NCBI GenBank assembly: GCA_002104945.1
Contig: MCFH01000022.1
Location: forward strand, 310,001-374,000
Origin: Piromyces finnis finn
Taxonomy: Eukaryota; Fungi; Neocallimastigomycota
Direction: 5' to 3'
Length of the DNA: 64,000 bases
The translations under genes and the position numbers were made by a program. The notes below the pieces were generated by a model, which did no database searches, was not told where the DNA came from, and saw nothing but the letters and a program-made list of their open reading frames with translations. Every line of letters begins with the position of its first letter. Position 1 is the first letter of the stretch. This document shows, in pieces, positions 1-10,985 of this stretch.

Positions 1-426
1 TAATTAGATAATAATATTAAATATAATTTAAAAAAATAAAAAGTTTTATAATAAATAATATATTATTAAAAGTATAGTATAGTATATAAAGAAAAAAACA
101 AAAAAATAAATAATATATATTTTAAAGATAATTAATGATACAAAATGTATAAAATGACAATTAGTTTTTTTCTTTTTTTTTTATAAATGTATATATTCAA
201 TTTCATTTTCGTTTTGATGGATGATAATAAAAAAATAAATTTTCTTTTATCTTTTTTTTTTTTTTTTTCGTTATTAAAAATATTATTGATGATTATGTTA
301 ATATTATTAATATGAAAAGAAAAAAAAATAAATAAAATAAAATTTCATTTTTTTTATTTACAAATAATGATAAGGATGCTTTTTTTTTTTTTTTTTTTTT
401 ATTTATTTATTTATTTAAAGTTGAAA

Positions 427-3400
427 TTAATTTAATACGGTGGCCGAAGTAGTCTCTTCATTTGTTGAATTTATTATGTCGGTTGTAATATCGGAAGAAT
501 AGGGAATAGGTTTCATGGTATCGAGATTTGTAGAGGATGAATAATTTTTGGAATTAATTTGTTTGTTGTTGTTGTTGGAGTGATGTTGTTCTTCATTGCC
601 ATCACATTTTTTTTTAAACTTTTCTAATATTTCATTGAAAGTTACATTACTACTTCCACCATTTTTATTAGATATATCTGAATTATAAATAATATGACGT
701 GGACCATACTCTTTTTGTAAATCTGATAATGTAATATTATCATTATCTGTATTACAATTTCTTTGGAATTGCTTTAAAAGATTTTGAAAGGATTCACGAT
801 GATGATGACTACTATTGATGTTTCCATTTAGATGATGAATAGGATAGTTTGGATAGGATATATAGCTCAATGGATTATTTAAATCTACAGAACCTCCCTT
901 TTTTGCAAAGGAGGCATAACTATCATACTGAGTATTACGAGCTTTGTCATTGTCACCATTCAAATTACTATTTTTATTATGGGATGATTTAGATAAGGTA
1001 GGTGAAGAGTTTTTATTAAATATATCATTGGTAGAAGGATCATGATTTCTATATGAAAGAGATGAGGATGATGAGGATGATGAGGATGATGAATAATTAC
1101 AACTATTTTTAATTTTATTATTTAAAATTTGATGATGCACATTCTTTGCATTGTTTTCATTATCAAAGACTAGTTCTTTATCACAAAAATATTTATTATC
1201 ATCATCAATGTAGCCTTGACAATCATAATCAGATTTGTTGGATGAATATGTAGGAGATCCTGCTGAAGCAGTAAATTTGTTAAGACAATTTTTTTTATTT
1301 ATCTTTGACTCATTCTTGTATAGCGTGTCATTTTTTTTATTTTGAATTATTATATTCTTACCTTCTTTATCCAAACTTGTATGATAATTATTTTCATTTG
1401 TTTGATCACGAAGATAAACGTTACTCTCAGTATCCATGAGTACTTCGGTTATTTCTTCTGTGCAATTTTGACTAATATCTTTCTTTGATTCAAATGTTTC
1501 AATTGGATATTCCTCTTTCTCAGTTAAATAGCTGTCGTTTAATCTTCGTGTATTATAATAATCTGAAAAATTTTTACCTTCTTTTTTCTGTAAATCCTTT
1601 CTGTCTGTAAACGCTATTTTCTCTACTTCAAGCTCGGAATGTTTAGAAGGACTTGATATAGCACTTTTACCATCTTTAGCCGAGGATGAAATATCGGTAG
1701 ATGGAATTGAAGTAATAAAAGAAGAAATATTAGTCATTTCTCCTTCTTCATTTGATACTTTTGAAAAATCTGCATTAATTGTTTCATTTTGTTGTTCAAG
1801 GAAATTTTTTATATTATGAATTTCATTTTTATATTCATCTGTATTACTATCGCCACATAATTTATAATTTTTTTTTTGTCTAACTAATTCGGACTTTGAA
1901 GGCAATATTAATGATGACTCATTATCACTTTGGTCATTAGTTGCCTTGTAATAATTTTTAAGAATATTTATATTCTTGGCATCTTGCTTTAAAAGATTAG
2001 AAAAATTATTGAGTTTTTCTTCTACTTCAATTTTAGTATTATCAAAATCTTTGTTTTCTTTATATTCACCATTATAACAAACATCCTGATTATTCTCTTT
2101 TTCCCTACTATCATATTCATTACTATTTTCTTTTTCTTTCGTATGATTTAATGTTGGTATTTCATCCTTATTTGAATTATTAAGATTGGCATAATAACTA
2201 TATATATCTGTTGATGTATAGGAATGTGCCTTATTAATAAAACCAAAATTTTCTTTATTATTATCAGTTTTTGCTTTTTCATCTATTATCTTCAAGTCAA
2301 AACTATTCATAATATCTGTGGAGTTTTCAATATTACCATTATCTTCTTTTATTTCACTATTTTCTTCGGTATCATGATTATGATAATATTTATTAAAATC
2401 ATAGATATTTTGATTAAAACTTTTTTTTTCATCATTCAAATCATGGTAAATGGAGCTGGTATGTTCTTGAATATCATCAAACTCTCCTACATTAGTATAG
2501 GATGGTACTTCATCTACTGAAGGTTCATCTTGCTTTATAATTTCTGATACTTTTTCCTTTTCAATGTTTATAGTTTGATTATTTTCTTTAATAAAAGATG
2601 GTTCACTGTGATCTCTATTAGTGATACAACCAAAAGTAGTATCGCTAATATTCATTTCATTATTAGGAGATAAAAGACTACCACTTTCTTTTTCAGTCGA
2701 TCTGACGTTTAAATTTGAATTTGACCTCGAATTTGATTTTAAATTTGAATTTTGATTTTCAGTATAAGAATGATAAATTTCAGTAATTTGATTGATAGTA
2801 TCATTGGAGTTAGAAATAATTTTGATATCAACATCATTTAAATATGTACTATAATCTTTTTTCGAATTTTCCTTATTACGTTTAAGAATACTTGTTAAAG
2901 TTTCATAGTATCTCCTTGAACTTTCTAATGATATTTCTTCTTTTAATAACTTTTTTAATGAGGATGAGGATTTTTTACATGATTTTTCCTTTTTCTTTCC
3001 TTTTACTTTATCATGGGCTTTTATTTTAGAATTTGAATTTTTAACTCTTAAATTTTCATCACTATTATTTATTGCTTCATTATTGTTAAAATCATATTCT
3101 GGATCAGTTAAAAAATTTAACTTTTGACGCTCTGCATGTGATAAGGATGAAACTGAAAATGAATGACGCTCCTTTATACCTGAACCACTATCATGAGCAT
3201 CATTTTTATTTTGCTTTAATAGATGTGAAAGAGAAAGACCTTTGATTTTTCTTTCCATTAATTTTACACCTTTACGCACCCTAATAGTATTATTATTGGT
3301 ATTTATTAAATTTTCTTTCGCCTTTTCAGAAGTATCTTTAGTTTCAACAGCTTCTTTATCATAATCATTCTTATTAGAATGATCACCATTAAAATTATTT

Positions 3401-5472
3401 AATATACGATTAAAATTACGACTTAAACGCTTATGAACCTTTTCTTTGGAATGTTTTTTAACGGGTCGTTGTTGATCAACAAATTCATAGTTTTTACTTG
3501 ATTCGGATAAAACATTTGAAGAATATGATTTATCAATGGTTGTATTGAAACTTTCATCTTCGTTTGTTAATACACAATCCTCTGGTTGATATTCCTCATA
3601 TACTTTAAGTTGGTACTCACCATTCTTTATATTTTTAGATTGACTACTTCTATTTATTCTCTTTGCATTCTTATAACTGTTATTTGGCTTGGGTGATGAT
3701 AACTCAATGCTATCTCCGGTGTGATTATTTCTAATAATTCTATTATTTTCTAAAGGTATAGTACTTAAATTTTGTTGTTGACAACTATAATTTTTACGAG
3801 CTTGATTTAAATCTAAATGACTAATACGGTGATTATTTGGTTGTGAGGGATTTAATCCTTGATGTAAATGATGATGTGGTGATAAAGTTTGATAACTATG
3901 ATCATTAGTACGATAGTATGATTGGTCTATTTCACTGTCTAAAAATGAAAAAGATGATGAAGAGTTCGTATTGAAACTTTCATTTTCCTTTGAATTTATA
4001 TAGTTGGCATTGTTGGTGGTCTTTGAATGACTATAATCTTTATTTAATTTTTTTAAATTATTGTCTTTTGGAATTAATGAATCGTTAGTTACAGATGCAT
4101 TAGCAACCATGGTATCTGAATTCATATCATCAATAGGCACAACTTGTAACTGGGAAGAATCTGATTTGTTTTTATTTATTACTTCCTTAATATACATTTC
4201 TTTATAAATATTATATGTTTTTTGGTATTTTTCTGATTCTAAATCATTTAATTTATTCTCAGGATCTATAAAAGCCTTAAAGTTTGCCTTTATCAAATTT
4301 TCATCAATTTCTTGACTTCTTTTACGTGCTAATTTTATTACATCATATTTATCCGTTGAAACTTTTTTTGATGATTCGGTACAATATGGAAGATTGTTTG
4401 CCATATAAATCATAGAACCATGATGAGATGCATTTTTTAATTGCTTTTGTAAATCAACTTTTTCTTGATATTGAGAATGATTCATACTTTGAATTGAATG
4501 TCTATAATTAAGTTTTGAGTTACTACTCTTTTTACTGCTATGATGACTAAAGTCGCTACGTTTTGAATCACTTTTACCTGTAAGATAGGGTAGAGCATTA
4601 GGTGGTTGATAGGAATGACGGTAAGGCTCTTCAAATTTATCTTTTTTAGATGAAGCTTTCATGATATCATAAGATTTTGAGTATTTTAATGAACGATAAT
4701 TATTTGACTTGTTTCTTTCAAGTTCTCTATCACCACTTTTGGATCTTTCGTATAGACTATTTTTTATGAGACGAGCAGCACGTCCATATTTTCTTTCCTC
4801 ATCCCTTATTCTCTTTTCTATTAAAATGGTATCTTCAAATGTCAATGCAAATTTATTTATAGTTTTATTAAAGAAAACAGGTTGAGAAAGTAATTCCATT
4901 CTTTTTACACCATTTACCACAACTTGTTCTGGTAGTATATTATTTAATAAGCAATTTCCTGTATATTGTAATTCTTCAACACTAACATGTAAATCATAAT
5001 TATTAAGCATTAAGAATTCCATTTCTAAACTATTTAATTCATTTATAGGCAAACCACCAACTTTTGCATAATGTGAATTTAAAAAGAAGATATCGCTATT
5101 AAATTTAGCTGAAACCGTAACACCAGCGATTAAAAGTCTATGAATATTATAAGAATTGATTATAAATGGTTTTTTATTCTTTTTACATGAACTTGGAAAT
5201 GATGGTATATAATCTTGAATCTGTGACATACGATGAAAATAAATTAACACAGAAAGAAAACATTCATTACCACATAATGTATATTTTAATATACGGTTAA
5301 GATAGGATTCTATTGATATTGGGGCTACATGTTTTGAATGAAAATGCGTTAGCGTAGAATTTCCATTTGGGATTTTATCATTTAATTCTACAAACTTTTT
5401 TATTCGACGTGCCACTAACTTTATTGTATTTGTAGTGGAATGATTAACTAAATCGAATTTTTGATTGACCAT
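427..5472 (-). CDS. Pho80/PCL (cyclin U/PREG-like) cyclin with ~1500-aa low-complexity Asn/Ser/Lys-rich C-terminal extension
   Basis: Uninterrupted 1681-aa ORF. The N-terminal ~175 aa carry the Pho80-family cyclin box: FHSKHVAPISIESYLNRILKY...CFLSVLIYFHRM...NIHRLLIAGVTVSAKFNSDIFFLNSHYAKVGGLPINELNSLEMEFL. The remainder has no motif I recognise. Confidence 0.85.
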   Translation of the reverse strand: MVNQKFDLVNHSTTNTIKLVARRIKKFVELNDKIPNGNSTLTHFHSKHVAPISIESYLNRILKYTLCGNECFLSVLIYFHRMSQIQDYIPSFPSSCKKNKKPFIINSYNIHRLLIAGVTVSAKFNSDIFFLNSHYAKVGGLPINELNSLEMEFLMLNNYDLHVSVEELQYTGNCLLNNILPEQVVVNGVKRMELLSQPVFFNKTINKFALTFEDTILIEKRIRDEERKYGRAARLIKNSLYERSKSGDRELERNKSNNYRSLKYSKSYDIMKASSKKDKFEEPYRHSYQPPNALPYLTGKSDSKRSDFSHHSSKKSSNSKLNYRHSIQSMNHSQYQEKVDLQKQLKNASHHGSMIYMANNLPYCTESSKKVSTDKYDVIKLARKRSQEIDENLIKANFKAFIDPENKLNDLESEKYQKTYNIYKEMYIKEVINKNKSDSSQLQVVPIDDMNSDTMVANASVTNDSLIPKDNNLKKLNKDYSHSKTTNNANYINSKENESFNTNSSSSFSFLDSEIDQSYYRTNDHSYQTLSPHHHLHQGLNPSQPNNHRISHLDLNQARKNYSCQQQNLSTIPLENNRIIRNNHTGDSIELSSPKPNNSYKNAKRINRSSQSKNIKNGEYQLKVYEEYQPEDCVLTNEDESFNTTIDKSYSSNVLSESSKNYEFVDQQRPVKKHSKEKVHKRLSRNFNRILNNFNGDHSNKNDYDKEAVETKDTSEKAKENLINTNNNTIRVRKGVKLMERKIKGLSLSHLLKQNKNDAHDSGSGIKERHSFSVSSLSHAERQKLNFLTDPEYDFNNNEAINNSDENLRVKNSNSKIKAHDKVKGKKKEKSCKKSSSSLKKLLKEEISLESSRRYYETLTSILKRNKENSKKDYSTYLNDVDIKIISNSNDTINQITEIYHSYTENQNSNLKSNSRSNSNLNVRSTEKESGSLLSPNNEMNISDTTFGCITNRDHSEPSFIKENNQTINIEKEKVSEIIKQDEPSVDEVPSYTNVGEFDDIQEHTSSIYHDLNDEKKSFNQNIYDFNKYYHNHDTEENSEIKEDNGNIENSTDIMNSFDLKIIDEKAKTDNNKENFGFINKAHSYTSTDIYSYYANLNNSNKDEIPTLNHTKEKENSNEYDSREKENNQDVCYNGEYKENKDFDNTKIEVEEKLNNFSNLLKQDAKNINILKNYYKATNDQSDNESSLILPSKSELVRQKKNYKLCGDSNTDEYKNEIHNIKNFLEQQNETINADFSKVSNEEGEMTNISSFITSIPSTDISSSAKDGKSAISSPSKHSELEVEKIAFTDRKDLQKKEGKNFSDYYNTRRLNDSYLTEKEEYPIETFESKKDISQNCTEEITEVLMDTESNVYLRDQTNENNYHTSLDKEGKNIIIQNKKNDTLYKNESKINKKNCLNKFTASAGSPTYSSNKSDYDCQGYIDDDNKYFCDKELVFDNENNAKNVHHQILNNKIKNSCNYSSSSSSSSSSSLSYRNHDPSTNDIFNKNSSPTLSKSSHNKNSNLNGDNDKARNTQYDSYASFAKKGGSVDLNNPLSYISYPNYPIHHLNGNINSSHHHRESFQNLLKQFQRNCNTDNDNITLSDLQKEYGPRHIIYNSDISNKNGGSSNVTFNEILEKFKKKCDGNEEQHHSNNNNKQINSKNYSSSTNLDTMKPIPYSSDITTDIINSTNEETTSATVLN

Positions 5473-6218
5473 TCTGATATCATAAGTTATTATATACTAT
5501 ATTTTTAATTCCATTAAATCAATTTTATTAAAAGAAAATTAATAAATAGTTTAAATGAAAATATTTAATAATTCAAAAAAAAAAAAACCTATTTAATTAT
5601 TTATAATACATTATTTTCTCATTTTAAACTCTAATTATATTTTGATTTTTATTTATTTTGTAATATGATATTTATTCACTAACTCTTGATTTATTTTTTA
5701 ATTTGATATTTATTCACATTACTTAATTTTATATTTTTAAAAATTTTGAATAATAAAAACATTTATTATTAATTACATTAATATTTACCTTAATAGTTTA
5801 TAAAGATATTATTAAACCAAAAATATAGATATTAATATTATTAATTTGTGAGTATAATAAGATTATAATCTATGAGACTAAACTGTCTTGTTGATTGTTT
5901 CGTTATTAAAATATATTACTAATAAATTATTAATTGGTTAATTTTATATATATAATATATATTTAACAATAAAAATATTTAAATATTTATTAAAAAAAAA
6001 TGTTTTATTTTTTAAAATATCATTTATATATTATATATTGCTTACATTATATTCTGTTATAAAGAATAATTAAATTTACTATAATGAAAATAAATATTTT
6101 TTTGTTATTACCATTAATATTAACTATTTTAATTTTTAAAAATTTATATAATTTTTAATTACCTATATTTAAGAATTACAATAGAAAAAAATAAATAAAT
6201 AATTTACAGAAAAATTAG

Positions 6219-6331
6219 TAATCTGTATATAAATAGTAGATTTTGGGTAACAGTAACAATATGATTAATACTTGATTTAATCTGTATATAAATAGTAAAT
6301 TTTGGGTAACAATATGATTAATATTTGATTT
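6219..6331. repeat. Imperfect two-copy tandem duplication (~59/53 bp)
   Basis: TAATCTGTATATAAATAGTA(G/A)ATTTTGGGTAACA...ATATGATTAATA(C/T)TTGATTT starts at 6219 and again at 6278; the second copy lacks GTAACA. Confidence 0.85.
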
Positions 6332-8963
6332 CTTTTTCTATATACTGATTATAATAAAACAAAAACTTGTTTGTTTTTGAAAAAAAAAAAAAATTCTCTT
6401 ATTTAATTATAATGAATTTATATAATAAAAATTAGACTACGTTTTTTTTTTCTTCAAGTTGATATAAATGAAAAGTTTGTAATAAATAATAATGTTTAGA
6501 TAAAAATGAAGGGGAAAAAAAAAAATCGATTTATCCTGCTAAAAAAAATTGACTATATAATTTATATATAAATGTATTTCATTTCTATTTTCATCTTTTA
6601 ATATTTTATGTTTAAATTCCACTTTATTATATTTTTCCTTATTTTTTATTATTATTAAAGATTTATGTCATTTAATTAATAATTTTTATAATTGTATGTT
6701 CGATATCTTTATTCTCTTATTTTTATTGTATTGCTTTTCATTTAAATATCTTTTTTAAAATTATAACAAATAACGATTATTTTATATTATTCAATATGAA
6801 TGTTTTTAGGTAATAAGGAATATATATCTATTATTATTACCTAAAAAAAAAAAAAAAATAAGAAAAAAAAGAAAAAGAAAAATATAAAGATTTTGTTAAT
6901 AAAATTTTTAATATTCATTAATTAAAATAAAAAAATATTAATTTTTATATTTATATTCATAATATATTACTATAATATATTATAATAAATTGTTTATATT
7001 TAATATATATTTCTATTTCATTTATTATTTTTTTGACTGTGAAAAAAAAAAAAGAATAATTATTAAAATTTTAAAAGAATAATTTATTATTAAATAAGGT
7101 TTACGACATCGATTCAATATAAATTAAAATTAATTCTATACATAAAAAAGATGCAAGAATAATAATACCAGAGGTACATTGTTGGGAAAAAAAAGCCCAA
7201 TGGAAAAAAGACGCTTTACAAAAAAAAAGTTTAAAAAAAACTATTCCTTGAAAGAAAATATTGAAACAATAAAAAAAATGATTATTTAATTGAAAAAGTA
7301 TTAGTATTTAAAATCTTAGAGTTATTTTAAATTATTATAATTTTATTATTTTATTATATATCATAGATAGTAATAATAAATTTTCAATAAAAAGCAACCA
7401 ACACAATTTAAAGAGTCAAATGATTTAGTCTATAAAACCAAAATAAAAAAGAATTACTTTATGATTTTATTGTTTATTATATATTTATATTATTTGTATT
7501 AATTTTCTCATCATCTTTATTTTTTTTCCTTATGAAATAAACCTAATAAACACTCTCCAAAATAATATTATTCTTTAATCATTTATTTATTATAATTACT
7601 AATTATTATTTAAAATATTGTTACATTAAAACTATAATTTTTATATTAAAAAAAAACAAAATAGATACAAAATTTTAAAAAATTAATATTAATCCATAAA
7701 TGGTAAATCATATAATCTATGTATATTTAACATAGATTTTAATTAGTATTCTATTATATTAGCATAAATTTATATTATTAATGTATTAATGTCATAAAAA
7801 GATTTATATAGAGTAGTATATATTAAATATATTATGATTTGCTTATATTGAACTAAAACTTAATTCCAATGATAAATAAATTTATTTCTATTGTTATATA
7901 TATTATAAATATATTGTAAATATATATTTAAACAAAATATGATAGGACCATTTTGTTTATCATAAATAACCAGGTTTTTTTATATTATTTAAAATTCATT
8001 TAATTTCATTGGTGATACTAATTAATTTATATACGAATTGAATAATATTATCTATATATATTTATATAAATAGTATTAATCTACATCTTATTTTACATAA
8101 TGTATTTTAAATACATTATGTAGATTCGTTGGTTAATGGAAAATGTAAATCAAAGAAAGGTTTAAGAATAATACCAAAGACGATAGAAAAGAAAGGAGAT
8201 AAATAATTGTTACTTTAATATTCCTTAATTTTTATTTTCAAATACTTCATTCTTCTGATTTTAATTAAAATGATATATAATGTTTTGTAATAATATTAAT
8301 TTTATTGATTTATTAATAATAATTGATAAAACAAAAGAAACTATTAAAAGTCTCTAGGTTGTTATTGTATTATCAATTAATATATCAATTGTTAAAAGAT
8401 AAAAAATTGTCTGTATAGTGTTAAAAGGTTAAAAGATATTGTATACTTTTAATTTTTAAAATATTTTTTTTTATCTTAAAACTTTACTATTAAAAAGATA
8501 ATGATTTGTAATTTGGATTATACCTACCTATTAATAAATAAAAAATATATATTAATTAGGAATAATTATTCATAATGTCATCTAATAAAGTTATCTATAT
8601 CACATGTTTAAAGTGAAGAATAGAAAAATGTTGGTATTCCTATTTAGACTTAGATGTATCCATGAAAAAATTTATTAATTTTTCGGTTTGCATTAAAATA
8701 AGGACATTGAAATAGATTGACATTTTAATATTACTTTACTTTTTAAATAAATATTTATTCTTTTCTTTATCAAATATATAATGGTTATCATTACATAAAG
8801 GTTATCAGTGGAAATTCATTAATTTATAGATATTTACTTTGTATATTTTTATTACGCAGGAATAAATTGATTCTACAATAAATACAATAATATACATTTT
8901 AAAATAAAAATTTTAATAGTAAAATTTTAATTTAAAACTCTTATTTTTATTAATTATTATATC

Positions 8964-9073
8964 TTTGTGTTAGCATTAAAGTTGTTTATTTAACAATGAT
9001 TTACTTTTATTCATGGAAAAGTAAATCATTGTTAAATGTATATATTAATAAATAACTTTAATGCTAACACAAA
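8964..9073. repeat. Nested inverted repeat (fold-back hairpin)
   Basis: Outer arms 8964-8983 TTTGTGTTAGCATTAAAGTT and 9054-9073 are perfect 20-bp reverse complements. Inner arms 8988-9008 ATTTAACAATGATTTACTTTT and 9017-9037 are perfect 21-bp reverse complements around an 8-nt loop. Confidence 0.9.
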
Positions 9074-9186
9074 AACAAAATGATATACTTAAAAAGTATC
9101 ATTCTACTTATGTCAATATAATTAACTTTTTAAAAAATTGATGTATTAACAAGCAAAATAAAACTTATAAATAAATGGTCTATACA

Positions 9187-9395
9187 TAAATATTAAAACT
9201 TTATTATAAAAGGAATTACTATTCCTTATTATGATCTATACAATAAATATTAAAACTTTATTATAAAAGGAATTACTATTCTTTATTATGATCTATACAA
9301 TAAATATTAAAACTTTATTATAAAAGGAATTACTATTCTTTATTATGATCTATACAATAAATAAAGCTTTATTATAAAAGGAATTACTGTTTCTT
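9187..9395. repeat. 57-bp minisatellite, three full copies plus a degenerate partial fourth
   Basis: Unit TAAATATTAAAACTTTATTATAAAAGGAATTACTATTC(C/T)TTATTATGATCTATACAA starts at 9187, 9244 and 9301; a partial copy follows from 9358. Confidence 0.92.
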
Positions 9396-9930
9396 TTATT
9401 ACTACTTATTTTTAAATATGTAATAATATTGGAAATTTTTATAGTTTTATAATAATAATTTTTCTTCTTTTTTTTTTTTGCTAATATCAATTGTTAATTT
9501 TATTAATAAGCAGTTCATCAGCTTCACTATTTATTATTAATAGAAAAAAAAACTGATGTGAATAAGAATTATTGGTGGTAAGCATATTTTTTGGAAATCT
9601 TACATTTTAATATTATATACTATTAAATCCATAAATAATATTTAAATAGGCCATGCCATGGATTGAAACTTTAATTTCAAAAGCAATTCATTTGAATAGT
9701 TTTAATTGAATTGAAATTATATTAAATCATATATTATGGTTATATTCTATTTTATAAATGAAGAATAAACCAATATTATTAAAAATTGATCTTTATAAAT
9801 TTAAAATAAAAATATTATTAAATAAATAGAAGAAAAAAAAAACATTTATATTCTTTTATATAAGCAACTAGAGATTGTAATAATTATAATGATTTATTTA
9901 TAATTAAAATTTTAATGGTTATGAATATAA

Positions 9931-10051
9931 CCGTGAAATAAAACTTTCTACACTTGTAACATTGAATAAAAAAAAAAATACACTTTAAATATTTTGTGAG
10001 GATCACGGGACATTTAATAAAAAAAAGTACACTTTAAATGAGGATCACGGG
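9931..10051. promoter_or_regulatory. Candidate cis-elements upstream of the nitroreductase (TCACGG x3; TGAGGATCACGGG x2)
   Basis: TGAGGATCACGGG at 9997-10009 and 10039-10051, each preceded by TACACTTTAAAT. The reverse-complement hexamer CCGTGA is at 9931-9936. All lie 170-290 bp upstream of ATG 10218. Function is inferred only. Confidence 0.35.
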
Positions 10052-10217
10052 GAATTTTACTTAATTAAAATTTTAATTAATAATATTTTGATCGTATGAT
10101 CCATATTTATAATTAAATTTCCAAAAAAAAAAAAAAAAGTATATAAATATTGTATTTTGTTTTTTTTAAAAATTTTATTAATTTTAAATATCTAAGAAGA
10201 ATTATAAAAATATCAAT

Positions 10218-10985
10218 ATGAATCCAGTTTTAGAATCATTATTCAAGCATCAATCTATTCGTAAATACAAGGATCAACCAATTGAACAAGAAAAATTAGA
10301 ACTTATTATTAAGGCTGCTCAAGTTGCTCCAAATTGGTGTAATGGTCAACAAGTTAGTATTATTGCTGTCAAAGATAAGGAACGTAAAGCAAAACTTTGT
10401 CACTGTTGCTTTGATCAACCATGGATTAACGAATGTCCAGTATTTTTAATTTTCTGTGCTGATAATTACCGTACTAATCTTATCTTCAACAAGAATAACG
10501 ATAAAGAAGGTGGTGAAAGATATATTAAAAAGCTTGATACTGTTGTTATTGGTTCTCATGATGTTGGTATTGCCATGCAAAATGCTGTTGTTGCCGCTGA
10601 ATCCATGGGACTTGGAACTGTCCCAATCGGTGGTATTCGTATTCAATCTTTAGAAGTTGTTGATATCTTAAAACTTCCAAAATATGTAATTCCAATTGTT
10701 GGTTTATGTGTTGGTTATCCAGATGCTAATCCAGGTATTAAGCCAAGATTACCACCAAAAGCTGTTTACTTTGAAGAAACTTATAATACTGAAGATGTTG
10801 AAAAGGGTGTTGCCGAATATGATGAAGAATACAAGAAATACCTTGGTAATCGTTCTGAAAACGAACGTGAATCCACTTGGACTGATTCTGTTTATAGTAT
10901 GTATGGTGTTGCAAAAATTCCAAATCAAGACTATGAATTATTTAAACAACAAGGTTATATTGAAATCGAAAATAAGGAAAATTGA
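10218..10985 (+). CDS. NfsA/Frp/NfrA-family FMN-dependent NADPH nitroreductase / flavin reductase (bacterial type, intronless)
   Basis: 255-aa single ORF with family motifs HQSIRKY, AAQVAPNWCNGQQVSII, DVGIAMQNAVVAAESMGLGTVPIGGIR and LPKYVIPIVGLCVGYP...KPRLP. Length is typical of the NfsA group. Confidence 0.92.
   Translation: MNPVLESLFKHQSIRKYKDQPIEQEKLELIIKAAQVAPNWCNGQQVSIIAVKDKERKAKLCHCCFDQPWINECPVFLIFCADNYRTNLIFNKNNDKEGGERYIKKLDTVVIGSHDVGIAMQNAVVAAESMGLGTVPIGGIRIQSLEVVDILKLPKYVIPIVGLCVGYPDANPGIKPRLPPKAVYFEETYNTEDVEKGVAEYDEEYKKYLGNRSENERESTWTDSVYSMYGVAKIPNQDYELFKQQGYIEIENKEN

Noticed and set aside
8110-8205. Short coding-like stretch (HYVDSLVNGKCKSKKGLRIIPK)
   Set aside because: Too short, with no start or splice context and no recognisable homology.
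9187-9395. CRISPR-like array
   Set aside because: Units are contiguous with no unique spacers, no cas genes are present, and the context is eukaryotic.
10061-10080. Perfect 20-bp palindrome TTAATTAAAATTTTAATTAA
   Set aside because: Pure A/T; such palindromes are expected by chance at this composition.
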